From NCBI GenBank assembly GCA_041484665.1, contig JBGPIA010000005.1:64001-128000 (forward strand): a stretch of 64,000 bases of DNA. Reading direction: 5' to 3'. The notes below the pieces were generated by a model. The model did not search any database. It was not told the origin of the DNA and worked only from the letters and a program-made list of their open reading frames with translations. Of this stretch, positions 1 to 11,827 are shown one piece after another. Position 1 is the stretch's first letter, and the number at the start of each line of letters is the position of its first letter. This stretch comes from Candidatus Krumholzibacteriia bacterium (GTDB taxonomy: Bacteria; Krumholzibacteriota; Krumholzibacteriia; JAJRXK01). Both the position numbers and the translations under genes were made by a program.

Positions 1-1239
1 GGTCCCGTGGTGCTCGCGCGGGACTCGCGTCCCTCGGGACCCATGCTCGGCCACGCGGTGGCAGCGGGGCTGCTCTCCACCGGGCACGACGTGGTGGACG
101 CGGGGATCCTCAGCACGCCGGGCACGGAGTACCTGGTGCAAACCACCGACGCGATCGGCGGAGTGATTGTCACCGCCAGCCACAATCCAGTGGCCTGGAA
201 CGCGCTGAAGCTGCTGCGCCACGACGGCCTGTTCCTCGACGCACAGGCGATCGCCGCGGTCACGGCCAATGCCGGCGCGCAGGCGCGCGGCCATCGCCAC
301 GCGTTGCAATTGGGGAGCTTGCGTCTCGAGCAGCACGCCGAGCGGCGTCACCTCGACGCGATCCTGCGCCTGGATCTGCTCGATCGCGACGCCATTCAAC
401 ACGCGGGGTTGCGTGTGGTGGTCGATTGCGTGGAAGGCGCGGGCGGCGCGGCGCTGCCTGCGCTGCTGCGGGACCTCGGGGTGCAGGTCGTGGAGATCGG
501 GTGCGGGCTCACCGGGCACTTTCCCCACGATCCCGAGCCACGCCCGGAGCACTTGCAGGAGCTCGCCGCGCGCGTTGCCAGCGAGGGTGCCGACCTGGGC
601 CTGGCGGTCGATCCCGACGTGGACCGCCTGTCGCTGGTGGACCGGGGCGGCGTCGCACTCAGCGAGGAGTGCACGTTGGTGCTGGCCGCCGATTTCGTGC
701 TGCGCTGGCGCAAGGGCCCGATGGTCGTGAACTTGAGTACCACGATGCTGATGGACCGGGTGGCACGCACCCACGGCGTCCCGTTGCTGCGCACGCCGGT
801 AGGGGAAGCCAACGTGGTTCAGAAGATGCTAGAGATCGGCGCCGTCGTCGGCGGTGAGGGGAACGGGGGGGTCATCCTGCCCGCGCTGCACCCCGGCCGC
901 GACGCCCTGCTGGGCGCAGCGTTGGTCCTGGCGGCGGTGGCGGAGGCGGGATCCCTGCGCGCTTGCCTGGAGCGCTTCCCGCGGGTCGCGATGGCCAAGG
1001 ACAAGCTCGCGCTGACGGCGGCCGTGGACGATCCGGCGTTGTGGGAACGAGCGCTGCGCGCCCTGGGCGGGTCCGGCCGCATGGACGCTACCGACGGGCT
1101 CAGGTATGATCGCGGCGACAGCTGGATCCATCTGCGTCGCTCCAATACGGAGAACGCCCTCAGACTGATCGCGGAGGCCGCTGATGAGGCGACCGCGCGC
1201 GCGATGATCGGCCGGGTCAGGTCCGAGCTCGAGGCCTGA
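1..1239 (+). CDS. glmM: Phosphoglucosamine mutase / phosphohexomutase (5' truncated by window edge)
   Basis: TASHNP phosphoserine loop, DPDVDR metal loop, GGEGNGG; directly upstream of glmS; frame open to position 1. Confidence 0.88.
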   Translation, partial: GPVVLARDSRPSGPMLGHAVAAGLLSTGHDVVDAGILSTPGTEYLVQTTDAIGGVIVTASHNPVAWNALKLLRHDGLFLDAQAIAAVTANAGAQARGHRHALQLGSLRLEQHAERRHLDAILRLDLLDRDAIQHAGLRVVVDCVEGAGGAALPALLRDLGVQVVEIGCGLTGHFPHDPEPRPEHLQELAARVASEGADLGLAVDPDVDRLSLVDRGGVALSEECTLVLAADFVLRWRKGPMVVNLSTTMLMDRVARTHGVPLLRTPVGEANVVQKMLEIGAVVGGEGNGGVILPALHPGRDALLGAALVLAAVAEAGSLRACLERFPRVAMAKDKLALTAAVDDPALWERALRALGGSGRMDATDGLRYDRGDSWIHLRRSNTENALRLIAEAADEATARAMIGRVRSELEA

Positions 1240-1275
1240 TCCGCCACGGGGCCAGCTCCGACGGAGGTTCTCCCC

Positions 1276-3102
<1,827 letters not shown>

Positions 3103-3293
3103 CGGCGAGCGCTGCCGCGAGCGGACCGGCTGCCGCGCAGCGGCGACCTGCTCCTGACCAGGGCTCGGGCCGCTTGGACGACCAGGCGGCCCGCGCAATT
3201 TGGGCCCTGCGCCCGCCGCCAAGGCGGCGGTGGAGCGGGGCGCGGCATTGCGCTACCCTGTTGCCGGTTCGCAGCAGCCCTTCAGGAGGAGAC

Positions 3294-3683
3294 GTGACCC
3301 ACCAACACCGAGTCTACACCTCCGCCCGCGCGCCGAAGCCGGTCGGGCCCTACAGCCAAGCGGTCTCCGCGGGAGGATTCCTGTTCACCGCAGGGCAGGT
3401 GGGGCTGTCGCCGGCGACCGGCAAGCTGGTCGGCGAAGGCGTGGCCGAGCAGACGCGGCAGGCGCTGGAGAACCTGCGGGCGGTGCTGGAGGAGGCCGGG
3501 CTCTCCTTTCGCAACGTGGTGCGGACCACGATCTTCCTCACCAGCATGGACGACTTCGCGGCGGTCAACGCGGTGTATGCCGAGCTGTTCGACGGCCCGC
3601 CGCCCGCGCGGAGCACCGTCGCGGTCCGCGGGCTGCCGCTGGGCGGAAAGGTCGAGATCGACATGGTGGCCCACACTGGCTGA
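3294..3683 (+). CDS. ridA: RidA family reactive intermediate/imine deaminase
   Basis: APKPVGPYSQAV, PPARSTVAV, LPLGGKVEID; GTG start after AGGAGG. Confidence 0.93.
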   Translation: MTHQHRVYTSARAPKPVGPYSQAVSAGGFLFTAGQVGLSPATGKLVGEGVAEQTRQALENLRAVLEEAGLSFRNVVRTTIFLTSMDDFAAVNAVYAELFDGPPPARSTVAVRGLPLGGKVEIDMVAHTG

Positions 3684-3728
3684 GGCCGCGGGCGGGCGTG
3701 TGCGATCGTGCGCTGGAGCCGGTCGCTC

Positions 3729-3761
3729 CGCGGGGGAAGCGCGGGGGAAACGCGGGGGGAA
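3729..3761. repeat. Three ~11-bp tandem units CGCGGGGGAA(G/A), the last overlapping the 5' end of tRNA-Sec
   Basis: cgcgggggaag cgcgggggaaa cgcggggggaa read directly. Confidence 0.8.
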
Positions 3762-3852
3762 TGGATGGGTCCTGGTGGGCCCCGGGGACTTCAAATCCTG
3801 CGGTCGGGTGCATCGCGTCCGAGGTGGGTTCGATTCCCACACATTCCCGCCA
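3757..3852 (+). tRNA. selC: tRNA-Sec (anticodon UCA)
   Basis: 96 nt; 6-bp D stem GGGTCC-TGGT-GGGCCC; anticodon loop CT-TCA-AA (3789-3795); long variable arm; T arm GTGGG-TTCGATT-CCCAC; G discriminator plus encoded CCA. Confidence 0.95.
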
Positions 3853-3883
3853 ACCGCCGCCCACCGGCCGCGCTGAGGCCGTA

Positions 3884-4861
3884 ATGGAGAGCGCGAACGC
3901 TACTCCCAGGGATCGCACCGCGATCGTGGCGCCGGCACCGCTGGTGCTTGTGCTCAATCCCACGGCCGGACACGGCCGTGGAGCGGCGGCCTTGCAGCCC
4001 CTGCGCAGCGTCCTGGCCCGACGAGACATTCCCGGCGAGTTCTTCCTGACCACGGGCGAGGGTAACGCCGCGGATCTGGTGCGGCGCCTCGAGCCGCCTC
4101 CGGGCAGCGTCGTGATCGCGGTGGGGGGTGATGGCACCGCGCACGAGGTCGGTGCCGCGCTGTTGTCGCTGGAGGGCGTCACGCTCGGTCTGATCCCGGC
4201 CGGCTCGGGCAACGACTACGCGCGACTCCTGGGGATGCCCGCCGACCCCGCGGCCGCGCTCACAGCCATCCTCGACGGCGTAGACGTGCGCCTGGACGTC
4301 GGTCAGGCTGGACCCCACGTGTTCCTCAACAGCGCGGGCTTCGGCTTCTCTTCGCTGGTCAGCCTGGAGAGCCGCCGCGCGGGGCGCCTGACCGGCTTGC
4401 TGCGCTACCTCGTGGCGGTGGCCCGCGCGCTCGCCCACTTCACTCCCATGGCCATGGCCTTCGACGGGCTCGCAGCCGCGGGCGAGCAGCGGGTGTCGTT
4501 GCTGGAGGTCGGCATCGGCGACTGCTGTGGAGGAGGGTTCCGCCTCATGCCCAAGGCGGATCCCTGCGACGGACTGCTGGACGTTTGCCTGTTCCTGGGG
4601 TTGTCGCGCACACGTATCCCCATGCTCCTGCCGCGCGCACTGCGCGGCCATCATCTGGGGCATCCTCGGGTGCGCTACGAGCAGGTGCCCTCGTTCCGCC
4701 TGACGCTGGAGTCCGACGCGCTCATCCATGTCGACGGAGAGATCCGCGTGCTGCAGCGGGGCGAGCACCTGATCGAGGCGCGCCCGCGGGCCCTGCGCGT
4801 GCGCCTGCCGGCGCAGCGGGCTCGCGCGCTGGCGCGCCGCACGGTCGCGGAGGCGCCATGA
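3884..4861 (+). CDS. Diacylglycerol kinase family lipid kinase (YegS/BmrU-like)
   Basis: LNPTAGHG, VGGDGTAHEV, IPAGSGNDYAR, HVDGE motifs. Confidence 0.9.
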   Translation: MESANATPRDRTAIVAPAPLVLVLNPTAGHGRGAAALQPLRSVLARRDIPGEFFLTTGEGNAADLVRRLEPPPGSVVIAVGGDGTAHEVGAALLSLEGVTLGLIPAGSGNDYARLLGMPADPAAALTAILDGVDVRLDVGQAGPHVFLNSAGFGFSSLVSLESRRAGRLTGLLRYLVAVARALAHFTPMAMAFDGLAAAGEQRVSLLEVGIGDCCGGGFRLMPKADPCDGLLDVCLFLGLSRTRIPMLLPRALRGHHLGHPRVRYEQVPSFRLTLESDALIHVDGEIRVLQRGEHLIEARPRALRVRLPAQRARALARRTVAEAP

Positions 4862-5616
4862 GGCGGGTCCAGCACCCACCCCCACGCGCCCTGCGCGGGC
4901 TGGCTGCCGGTTGGCTGTCGGTGTGGCTGCTGGTGCCCGCGGCCGCACCGGCGTCGACGCTCGCGCAAGGCGAATGGAGCGCCGCGCTGCAACCCGAAGC
5001 GGCGACGCAGTCACCGCCGTCACCGCCGCCCCCTCCGTCGCCCGCGGAGGGCGCAACTCCTGGGCTGCCCGAGCCGCCGGCGCCGTCCACGCCGTCCACG
5101 CCGCCCGCGCCACCCGCGGACGTCCCCCCACAGTTCGTCCCCGCCCACCCGCCCGCCCAGGCCCCGTCGGATGCGGCACTGGAGCCGCTGCGCGCCGCGC
5201 ATCGGTCCGCCAGGGCCGCGATCCTCATGTCGTTGCCCGTCCCCGGTTGGGGCCAGCTGTACGCCGACAGCCCGTTCTGGGCATCGGTCGCGTACGGCAC
5301 GCAGATGTGGTTCCTGGGGAACATCCTGCTGGAACAACGGCGCCTGGAGCGCCAGAAGGCCGCGCGCGACCGCGAGCCGCTCGGCAGCGACAATCGCGAG
5401 CTGCGGGAGGCGTACATCCAGGAGCACCACGAGCGCATCCGCGACTTCATCTGGTGGTCCGGAGGAGCGCTGCTGGTGATCGCGCTCGACTCCTACGTGA
5501 GCGTCGCGCTCGCGGACTTCGACCATCCCGGGGTTCCCACTCCCGACCTCGACCACCCCTGGCCGGACCAGCAGCATGGCGGCGGGCTGGCGCTGCAGCT
5601 ACACTGGCGCTTCTGA
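4858..5616 (+). CDS. Exported/membrane protein with Pro-rich linker and DUF5683-like domain
   Basis: ATGA overlap with upstream stop; signal-peptide-like N-terminus; [19 protein letters not shown] motif; ends LALQLHWRF. Confidence 0.7.
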   Translation: MRRVQHPPPRALRGLAAGWLSVWLLVPAAAPASTLAQGEWSAALQPEAATQSPPSPPPPPSPAEGATPGLPEPPAPSTPSTPPAPPADVPPQFVPAHPPAQAPSDAALEPLRAAHRSARAAILMSLPVPGWGQLYADSPFWASVAYGTQMWFLGNILLEQRRLERQKAARDREPLGSDNRELREAYIQEHHERIRDFIWWSGGALLVIALDSYVSVALADFDHPGVPTPDLDHPWPDQQHGGGLALQLHWRF

Positions 5617-5656
5617 TTCCCCGCACCGGCTGAGCCCCGCGGACCCCGGCCTCGCC

Positions 5657-7456
5657 ATGGATTCGAGCCGCACGCGCAACTTCTGCATCATCGCCCACAT
5701 CGACCACGGCAAGTCGACGCTCGCCGACCGTCTGCTCGAGCTGACCGGCACGGTCGACGCCAAGGACATGCGGGCGCAGCTCCTGGACTCGATGGACATC
5801 GAGCAGGAGCGCGGGATCACCATCAAGAGCCATCCCATCCGCATGATCTGGCGCGCCGCCGGCGGCCAGGACTACCTGCTCCATCTGATCGACACGCCCG
5901 GGCACGTGGACTTCCACCATGAGGTGAGCCGCAGCCTGGCCGCGTGCGAGGGGACGCTCTTGGTGGTGGACGCGGTGCAGGGCGTCCAGGCCCAGACCAT
6001 CAACAACCTCTACCTCGCCATCGAGCACAACCTGTACATCATCCCCGTCATTAACAAGATCGACCTGCCGGCCGCCCGCCCCGACGAGATCACCGATCAG
6101 ATCGTCGAGCTCACCGGCTGCGACCCGCAGGACGTCATGCGCGTGAGCGCCAAGACCGGCGAGGGAGTCGAGCGGCTGCTGGAGGCGGTCATCGCCCGCG
6201 TACCGCCGCCACGCGGCAGCGCGGACCAGCCCCTGCGGGCGCTGGTGTTCGACAGCGAGTTCGACTCCTACCGCGGGACCATCGCCTACGTCCGCGTGGT
6301 GGACGGCAGCGTGCGCAAGGGGGACGTCATCCGCATGATGGGCGGCGGCCAGGTACACGAGGTGATGGAGACCGGCTTCTTCCGCCTCGAGCAGATCCCC
6401 ACCGACGGCTTGAGCGCCGGGGAGGTGGGCTACCTCGCCACGGGGGCGAAATCGGTCAAGGCGGCGCAGATGGGCGACACGATCACGCTGCGCGACCGGC
6501 CGGCGCAGCAGCCCGTCGTCGGCTACGTCGAGGCCAAGCCCATGGTCTTCAGCGGCTTCTATCCCATCAATGCCGACGACTACGGCGAGCTGAAGGACTC
6601 GTTGGAGAAGCTCCAGCTCAACGACGCCGCGCTGACCTTCGAGCCCGAGACGAGCGCAGCGCTGGGATTCGGCTTCCGATGCGGCTTCCTGGGGCTGCTG
6701 CACATGGAGATCGTGCAGGAGCGGCTGGAGCGCCACTACGGCCTGCAGCTCATCGCGACCCTGCCCAATGTGGAGTACCACGCCACGCTCAAGGATGGCG
6801 AGCCGGTCATCTTCGAAAACCCCAGCAAGATGCCGTCGCCCCAGCAAATCGACACCCTGAGCGAGCCGTACGTGCGCGCCTCGGTCATCGCGCCCAAGGA
6901 GTACGTGGGAGCCGTGATGAAGATCACGCAGGAGCGGCGCGGCGAGCAGCTCTCTCTGCACTACGTCGAGGGCGAGCGCGCGCAGCTGGAGTACCGGATT
7001 CCGCTGGGCGAGATGCTCGTGGACTACTACGACAAGCTGAAGAGCGTGACGCGCGGCTACGCCAGCCTCGACTACGAGTTCGACGGCTACCGCGACAGCG
7101 ACCTGGTCAAGCTCGACATCCTGCTGAATGGCGAGTCAGTGGACGCTTTGAGCATGATCGTCCATCGCAGCAACGCCTACGAGTGGGGGAAGGCGCTGTG
7201 CGAGAAGCTCAAGGAGCTCCTTCCCCGCCAGCTGTTCGAGATCGCCGTGCAAGCCGCCATCGGCGGGCGCGTGGTGGCTCGCTCGACGGTGCGGGCGCTG
7301 CGCAAGAACGTCACCGCCAAGTGCTACGGCGGCGACATCACGCGCAAGCGCAAGCTCCTGGAGAAGCAGAAGGAGGGCAAGCGGCGCATGAAGCAGGTGG
7401 GCAGCGTGGAGATTCCGCAGGAGGCCTTCCTGGCCGTGCTCAAGGTGGAGCGCTGA
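5657..7456 (+). CDS. lepA: Elongation factor 4 (LepA)
   Basis: [48 protein letters not shown]. Confidence 0.99.
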   Translation: MDSSRTRNFCIIAHIDHGKSTLADRLLELTGTVDAKDMRAQLLDSMDIEQERGITIKSHPIRMIWRAAGGQDYLLHLIDTPGHVDFHHEVSRSLAACEGTLLVVDAVQGVQAQTINNLYLAIEHNLYIIPVINKIDLPAARPDEITDQIVELTGCDPQDVMRVSAKTGEGVERLLEAVIARVPPPRGSADQPLRALVFDSEFDSYRGTIAYVRVVDGSVRKGDVIRMMGGGQVHEVMETGFFRLEQIPTDGLSAGEVGYLATGAKSVKAAQMGDTITLRDRPAQQPVVGYVEAKPMVFSGFYPINADDYGELKDSLEKLQLNDAALTFEPETSAALGFGFRCGFLGLLHMEIVQERLERHYGLQLIATLPNVEYHATLKDGEPVIFENPSKMPSPQQIDTLSEPYVRASVIAPKEYVGAVMKITQERRGEQLSLHYVEGERAQLEYRIPLGEMLVDYYDKLKSVTRGYASLDYEFDGYRDSDLVKLDILLNGESVDALSMIVHRSNAYEWGKALCEKLKELLPRQLFEIAVQAAIGGRVVARSTVRALRKNVTAKCYGGDITRKRKLLEKQKEGKRRMKQVGSVEIPQEAFLAVLKVER

Positions 7457-7496
7457 GCGCCGCTCTCGTCGGGCGCAGCCAGCAGGGGAGAACGCC

Positions 7497-8159
7497 ATGG
7501 CCAACCCCCGGCCGTCCGCCGGAGTGAAGCCCCGCAAGCGCGGCGCTGCACGCCTTGTACGCGCGGCGCTGCTCGTGCTGCTGTTGGCGCTGTTGTGGCC
7601 GGGGCTGGCCTTCGAGCCGTACCGCATCCCATCGCGCTCCATGGAGGAGACTCTGCTGCCCGGCGACTTCCTGCTGGTGGACCGGGTCCGCTTCGGCCTA
7701 CTGATCCCGTTTGGCCACGGGGCGCACCTGCCGGCGCTGCGCCGGCCCCGCGCTGGTGACATCGTCGTGTTCGAGCACCCCGCGCATCCGGGGGAGGACT
7801 ACGTCAAGCGCTGCGTCGCGGTGGAAGGGGATACGGTGCTGTGCACCGGGGGAGTGGTCTACCGCAACGGCGCCCAGTTGGACGAGCCGTACACGAAGCG
7901 CGGGGAAACCGGCGAGGCGCCTGCGGGCCAGGCTGCGGACCAGGCTGCGGACCCGGCGCGCGACGTGCTGGGCCCGCTGGTGGTCCCTGCCGGGCACGTA
8001 CTCGTACTGGGCGATAACCGGGGCTACAGCAGCGATTCGCGGCGCTTCGGTCCGTTGGATGTCCGCTTGATCCGGGGCAAGGTCGTGCTGGTCTATTTCT
8101 CGTGGGATCCGCAGCGCGAGCGCGTGCGCCTGTCGCGCCTGCTGCGCGCCCCCGCATGA
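7497..8159 (+). CDS. lepB: Signal peptidase I (paralog 1)
   Basis: IPSRSMEETL (Ser), DYVKRCVA (Lys), GDNRGYSSDSR; N-terminal TM. Confidence 0.92.
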   Translation: MANPRPSAGVKPRKRGAARLVRAALLVLLLALLWPGLAFEPYRIPSRSMEETLLPGDFLLVDRVRFGLLIPFGHGAHLPALRRPRAGDIVVFEHPAHPGEDYVKRCVAVEGDTVLCTGGVVYRNGAQLDEPYTKRGETGEAPAGQAADQAADPARDVLGPLVVPAGHVLVLGDNRGYSSDSRRFGPLDVRLIRGKVVLVYFSWDPQRERVRLSRLLRAPA

Positions 8160-8260
8160 CCAAGGGCATCCGCATAAGCGAGCGGGCTGCCGTCACGCAG
8201 ACCGCCAGCGTCACCGGGCGCGCTAGCGCGCCCAAGCACGTGCGCCAGGGAGCGATGGGC

Positions 8261-9529
8261 ATGGACCACCACGACGCCCGGCTGCCACAGCCCTCCCGCG
8301 GCCGCGCGCCCGGGTCGTCGCTGTACATCCACGTGCCGTTCTGCGAGGTGCGCTGCCCCTACTGCCACTTCTACTGCTTCGTGAACCGCGACCCGGCGCT
8401 GCCGCGCCGCTACGCGGCGGCGGTGCGCGGCGAGCTGGCACTCCATCGCGCGCGCCTGGCGGAGCTGGGCCCGGTGCAGTCGGTGTACTTCGGCGGCGGC
8501 ACGCCGTCGGCGCTGCCCGGCGACGCGCGAGCGGATCTGTGCGCGTGGCTGACGGAGGAGGTCCGTCCACTGCTCGCGCCAGATGCGGAGATCACACTGG
8601 AGGTGAATCCCGAGAGCGCGCGGCCGGACGTGCTGCGGGCATGGCTGCAAGCCGGTGTGAACCGCATCAGCCTGGGTATCCAGAGCATGGACGAGGACGT
8701 GCTCCGCTTCCTGGGCCGCCTGAACACTCCGCAGAGCAACCGCGGCGCGCTGGAGCTGGCCTGCCAACTGGTGGACAACGTTTCGGTGGACCTCATCCTG
8801 GCCACCCCGGGCAGCGACTGGCCTGGGACGCTGCAGGATCTGAACGCCGTCGCCGCGTTTCCGGTCACGCACGTTTCGGCCTATCTGCTGGAGATCCACT
8901 CCGACACGCGCTTCGGCCGCGACGTGGCGGCAGGGCGCTGGCGCCCGCAGCCCGACGACGCCCAGAGCGAGCTCTACCTGCGGGCGGGCGCCTGGCTCGC
9001 GGGGCGCGGGTTCGTTCCCTACGAGCTCAGCAACTTCGGACAACCGGGCTTTGCCTCGCGCCACAACCAGCGCTACTGGCAACGACTACCCTACTTCGGC
9101 CTGGGGCCGTCGGCGTGCTCGTTTTTCGGTGAGCGCCGCTGGGAAAACCACCGCGACGCGCAGGCGTACTGCGCGGACCTCGAGCGCGGGCAGGCGCCCA
9201 CGGCCTGGGTGGAGGAGCTCAGCGACTCCCAGCGACGGATGGAGCGGATCCTGCTGGGGCTGCGCACCGTCGACGGCATCCCGCGGTCGCTGGTGGCGGA
9301 CCGGCAATCGCTGCTGGAAGCCTGGGCGGCGGCCGGCCTGGTCGAGCTGCGCGGCAACCGCGTCGTTAGCACCGTTCGCGGCTGGCTCGTGCTGGACCAG
9401 ATCGTGCAGCAGCTGACCGCTCAGGTGTCGCCGGTGAGCGCAGTCGCCGCCACGGCCACGGCCACGGCAAATGCCACGGCGACTGCCATGGCGAGTGCCG
9501 CGGGAACTGCCGCCAGCCCGCCAGCGTAG
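8261..9529 (+). CDS. hemW: Radical SAM heme chaperone HemW (HemN-like); start could be 8156 or 8255
   Basis: LYIHVPFCEVRCPYCHF CxxxCxxC, YFGGGTPS, YELSNF, HNQRYW; lepA-hemW-hrcA context. Confidence 0.9.
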   Translation: MDHHDARLPQPSRGRAPGSSLYIHVPFCEVRCPYCHFYCFVNRDPALPRRYAAAVRGELALHRARLAELGPVQSVYFGGGTPSALPGDARADLCAWLTEEVRPLLAPDAEITLEVNPESARPDVLRAWLQAGVNRISLGIQSMDEDVLRFLGRLNTPQSNRGALELACQLVDNVSVDLILATPGSDWPGTLQDLNAVAAFPVTHVSAYLLEIHSDTRFGRDVAAGRWRPQPDDAQSELYLRAGAWLAGRGFVPYELSNFGQPGFASRHNQRYWQRLPYFGLGPSACSFFGERRWENHRDAQAYCADLERGQAPTAWVEELSDSQRRMERILLGLRTVDGIPRSLVADRQSLLEAWAAAGLVELRGNRVVSTVRGWLVLDQIVQQLTAQVSPVSAVAATATATANATATAMASAAGTAASPPA

Positions 9530-9712
9530 GAGGCTTCATCTCCACTTTTGCAGCGGCGCGGCCGTGCGTTCCGGGCTAGACTGTGGACTTCTTTGGGCTC
9601 GCGCGATGCGCCCGGCGACATGCGTGTTCGTGTCCGCGCCGCGCGCGCAGCCGCGCCAGCGAACGCGGACCGGCCATTCCCGCGACCGACGCACGATTCG
9701 AGAGGCAGCAGC

Positions 9713-10435
9713 ATGAGCGCAGGATCGAAGGACCCCGCAGGCGAGGGGACGCCGTCGTCGAGCGCGGCGAGCGCCGCCGGCGGTGCAGGCGCGGTATCCT
9801 CCACGGCGCCCGTGGCCACTGCCTCCGCGCGTCCGGCGAAGCACCGCTCGATCTGGCGCGAGTACCTCGAGGCCTTCGTCATGGCGGCGGTGCTGGCGCT
9901 GGGGATCCGCTCGTTCATCATCCAGGGCTACCGCATTCCGTCACCCTCGATGGAGGATACGCTACTGGTGGGGGACTGGCTGTTCGTCAACAAGTTCCTC
10001 TTCGGGGCCGAGATCCCGTTCACCGGCCTGCGGCTGCCCGCCATCCGCCAGCCGCACCGTGGCGACATCATCGTCTTCCGCTACCCGAAGAATCCGAAGG
10101 AGGACTACATCAAGCGCTGCGTCGCCGTGGAGGGCGACACGCTGCTCTACAAGAACAAGGTCCTCTACGTCAATGGTGTGGCGCAGAAGGAGCCCTTCGT
10201 CCACTTCGCCGACGGTGACCGGATCATGGCCAGCCGCGACTTCTTCGGTCCGGTGGTCGTGCCCAAGGGGCAGCTCTTCATGATGGGCGACAACCGCGAT
10301 CGCAGCAGCGACTCGCGTTTCTGGGGCTTCATGGACAAGCGCCTGATCCGCGGGAAGGCCCTGTTCATCTACTTCTCGTGGGACGGCGAGCACAAGCGCG
10401 TGCGCTTCTCCCGGTTTCTGAACGCCATCCGCTGA
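9713..10435 (+). CDS. lepB: Signal peptidase I (paralog 2)
   Basis: IPSPSMEDTL, DYIKRCVA, MGDNRDRSSDSRFWG; TM segment. Confidence 0.95.
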   Translation: MSAGSKDPAGEGTPSSSAASAAGGAGAVSSTAPVATASARPAKHRSIWREYLEAFVMAAVLALGIRSFIIQGYRIPSPSMEDTLLVGDWLFVNKFLFGAEIPFTGLRLPAIRQPHRGDIIVFRYPKNPKEDYIKRCVAVEGDTLLYKNKVLYVNGVAQKEPFVHFADGDRIMASRDFFGPVVVPKGQLFMMGDNRDRSSDSRFWGFMDKRLIRGKALFIYFSWDGEHKRVRFSRFLNAIR

Positions 10436-10442
10436 CGCTCTC

Positions 10443-10500
10443 GCCGGCGCTCCTGCGAGCGCTCCCGCTGAGACTCCTGCCGGCGCTCCTGCCGGAGCGT
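10443..10500. repeat. Degenerate 12-bp tandem repeat (GCCGGCGCTCCT-like, about 4-5 units) just after the lepB2 stop
   Basis: gccggcgctcct gcgagcgctccc gctgagactcct gccggcgctcct gccggagcgt. Confidence 0.7.
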
Positions 10501-10652
10501 GCCGCGGCGCTCCCCCGGCGCCTTTCGGCAGCCCGCTCGGCGGGTGCGCCGTCGATGGGTCCCGCCCACCTTGACACTCCTGCGTGGCTGACCTAATCGT
10601 TGGCAAGAGGGGCCAGCACCGTCGTGAAGGGCCGCCCGCGAGGGGAACGCAC

Positions 10653-11681
10653 ATGCGCAAGTCCGTCGAGAACCGCGAGCTGCGTGTGCTCGAGGCGCTC
10701 ATCAAGCTGTACGTCGAGCGCCGCGCGCCCATCAGCAGCCGGATGCTCGAGCAGCACGCCGGGCTGGGAATCCGCAGCGCGTCGATCCGCTCGGTGCTGG
10801 GCGAGCTCGAGGGCCGGGGGTATCTTTCGCAGCCGCATTCGAGCTCCGGCCGGGTGCCCACCGAGGACGGCTTCCGGGCCTACGTCGACGCGCGCGTGAC
10901 GCCCGAGCCCCTCGGCGAGCTCGAGCGCCGTGAGATCGAGCGGGCGTTGAGCGCGGCCGGCCAGGATCTGTCGGACATCGTGCAGGCCACCGCGCAGGTG
11001 CTGGGCCGCCTCAGCTCGAACATCGCCATCGTCGCCGGGCCGTGGTCGGGAAGCCCGCGCATCCAGCGAATCGAGCTCCAGGAGCGCGGTGTGGGGCGGG
11101 TGCTCGTGGTGATCGCGCTGGACAACCGCGCGACGCGCAGCGAGATCGTCACGCTTCAACGCCGGGTGGGGCCCGAGACGCTCCGCGCGGCTGCGGCGTT
11201 CCTCGCCGATCGGCTCGGAGGGCGCACCCTGGAGGAGACGCGGCGCGACCTGGAGCAGTTGCTCTCGGGCGGGGGCAGCGAGGCGCAGGACGTCGCCGCA
11301 CAGGTGGCACGGGGATCCCGGTCGCTACTGGACGCGGACCGGATCCTCCAGCTCACCTTCGAAGGCGTGGCGGAGGCCCTCGAGCAGCCCGAGTTCGCCG
11401 AACCCGCGCGCTTGAAAGCGCTGCTGGAGCTCATGTCGAAGGCCGAGGAGTTCGAGCGGGCGCTGGAGGTGTTCGTGCGCGAGGGGAAGGGCGAGGTCAG
11501 CATGGCCATCGGGCACGAGAACCCGCTGGCTGCTCTGCACCCCTTCTCGCTGGTGGCGACCCGCTACCAGCTCGGCGGGCTCTATGGATACCTGGGGATC
11601 CTGGGGCCGGTGCGGATGCGGTATTCCCGCAGCCTCGCCTTGATCCGGGCGATCGCCAGCCACCTCGACCGCCTCGCCTAG
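10653..11681 (+). CDS. hrcA: Heat-inducible transcription repressor HrcA
   Basis: GYLSQPHSSSGRVPTEDGFRAYVD, C-terminal GILGPVRMRY; upstream of grpE-dnaK-dnaJ. Confidence 0.93.
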   Translation: MRKSVENRELRVLEALIKLYVERRAPISSRMLEQHAGLGIRSASIRSVLGELEGRGYLSQPHSSSGRVPTEDGFRAYVDARVTPEPLGELERREIERALSAAGQDLSDIVQATAQVLGRLSSNIAIVAGPWSGSPRIQRIELQERGVGRVLVVIALDNRATRSEIVTLQRRVGPETLRAAAAFLADRLGGRTLEETRRDLEQLLSGGGSEAQDVAAQVARGSRSLLDADRILQLTFEGVAEALEQPEFAEPARLKALLELMSKAEEFERALEVFVREGKGEVSMAIGHENPLAALHPFSLVATRYQLGGLYGYLGILGPVRMRYSRSLALIRAIASHLDRLA

Positions 11682-11827
11682 GACACCCCATCACGACCGG
11701 CCGGAGTGGTCACGGATCGACCGGCTAGGCCCCGGGTGACCGACGCGCCACGAATCTTGCTCGGGCGATCGCAGGCCGCACCGGCGGCCCGCGTCGGCGG
11801 GCGCAGACGGTGAGGAGAATCGAAGCG

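Noticed and set aside
1240..1275. glmS ribozyme
   Set aside because: Only 36 bp separate glmM and glmS, too short to hold it.
3853..3883. Genomic island integrated at selC or at the Ile/Val tRNAs
   Set aside because: No integrase, no duplicated tRNA 3' end and no compositional shift; housekeeping-type genes continue directly.
9449..9490. GCCACG hexamer run at the hemW 3' end, and Ala/Gly-rich inserts in mutS2
   Set aside because: In-frame low-complexity tails or linkers with no sign of a phase-variation role.
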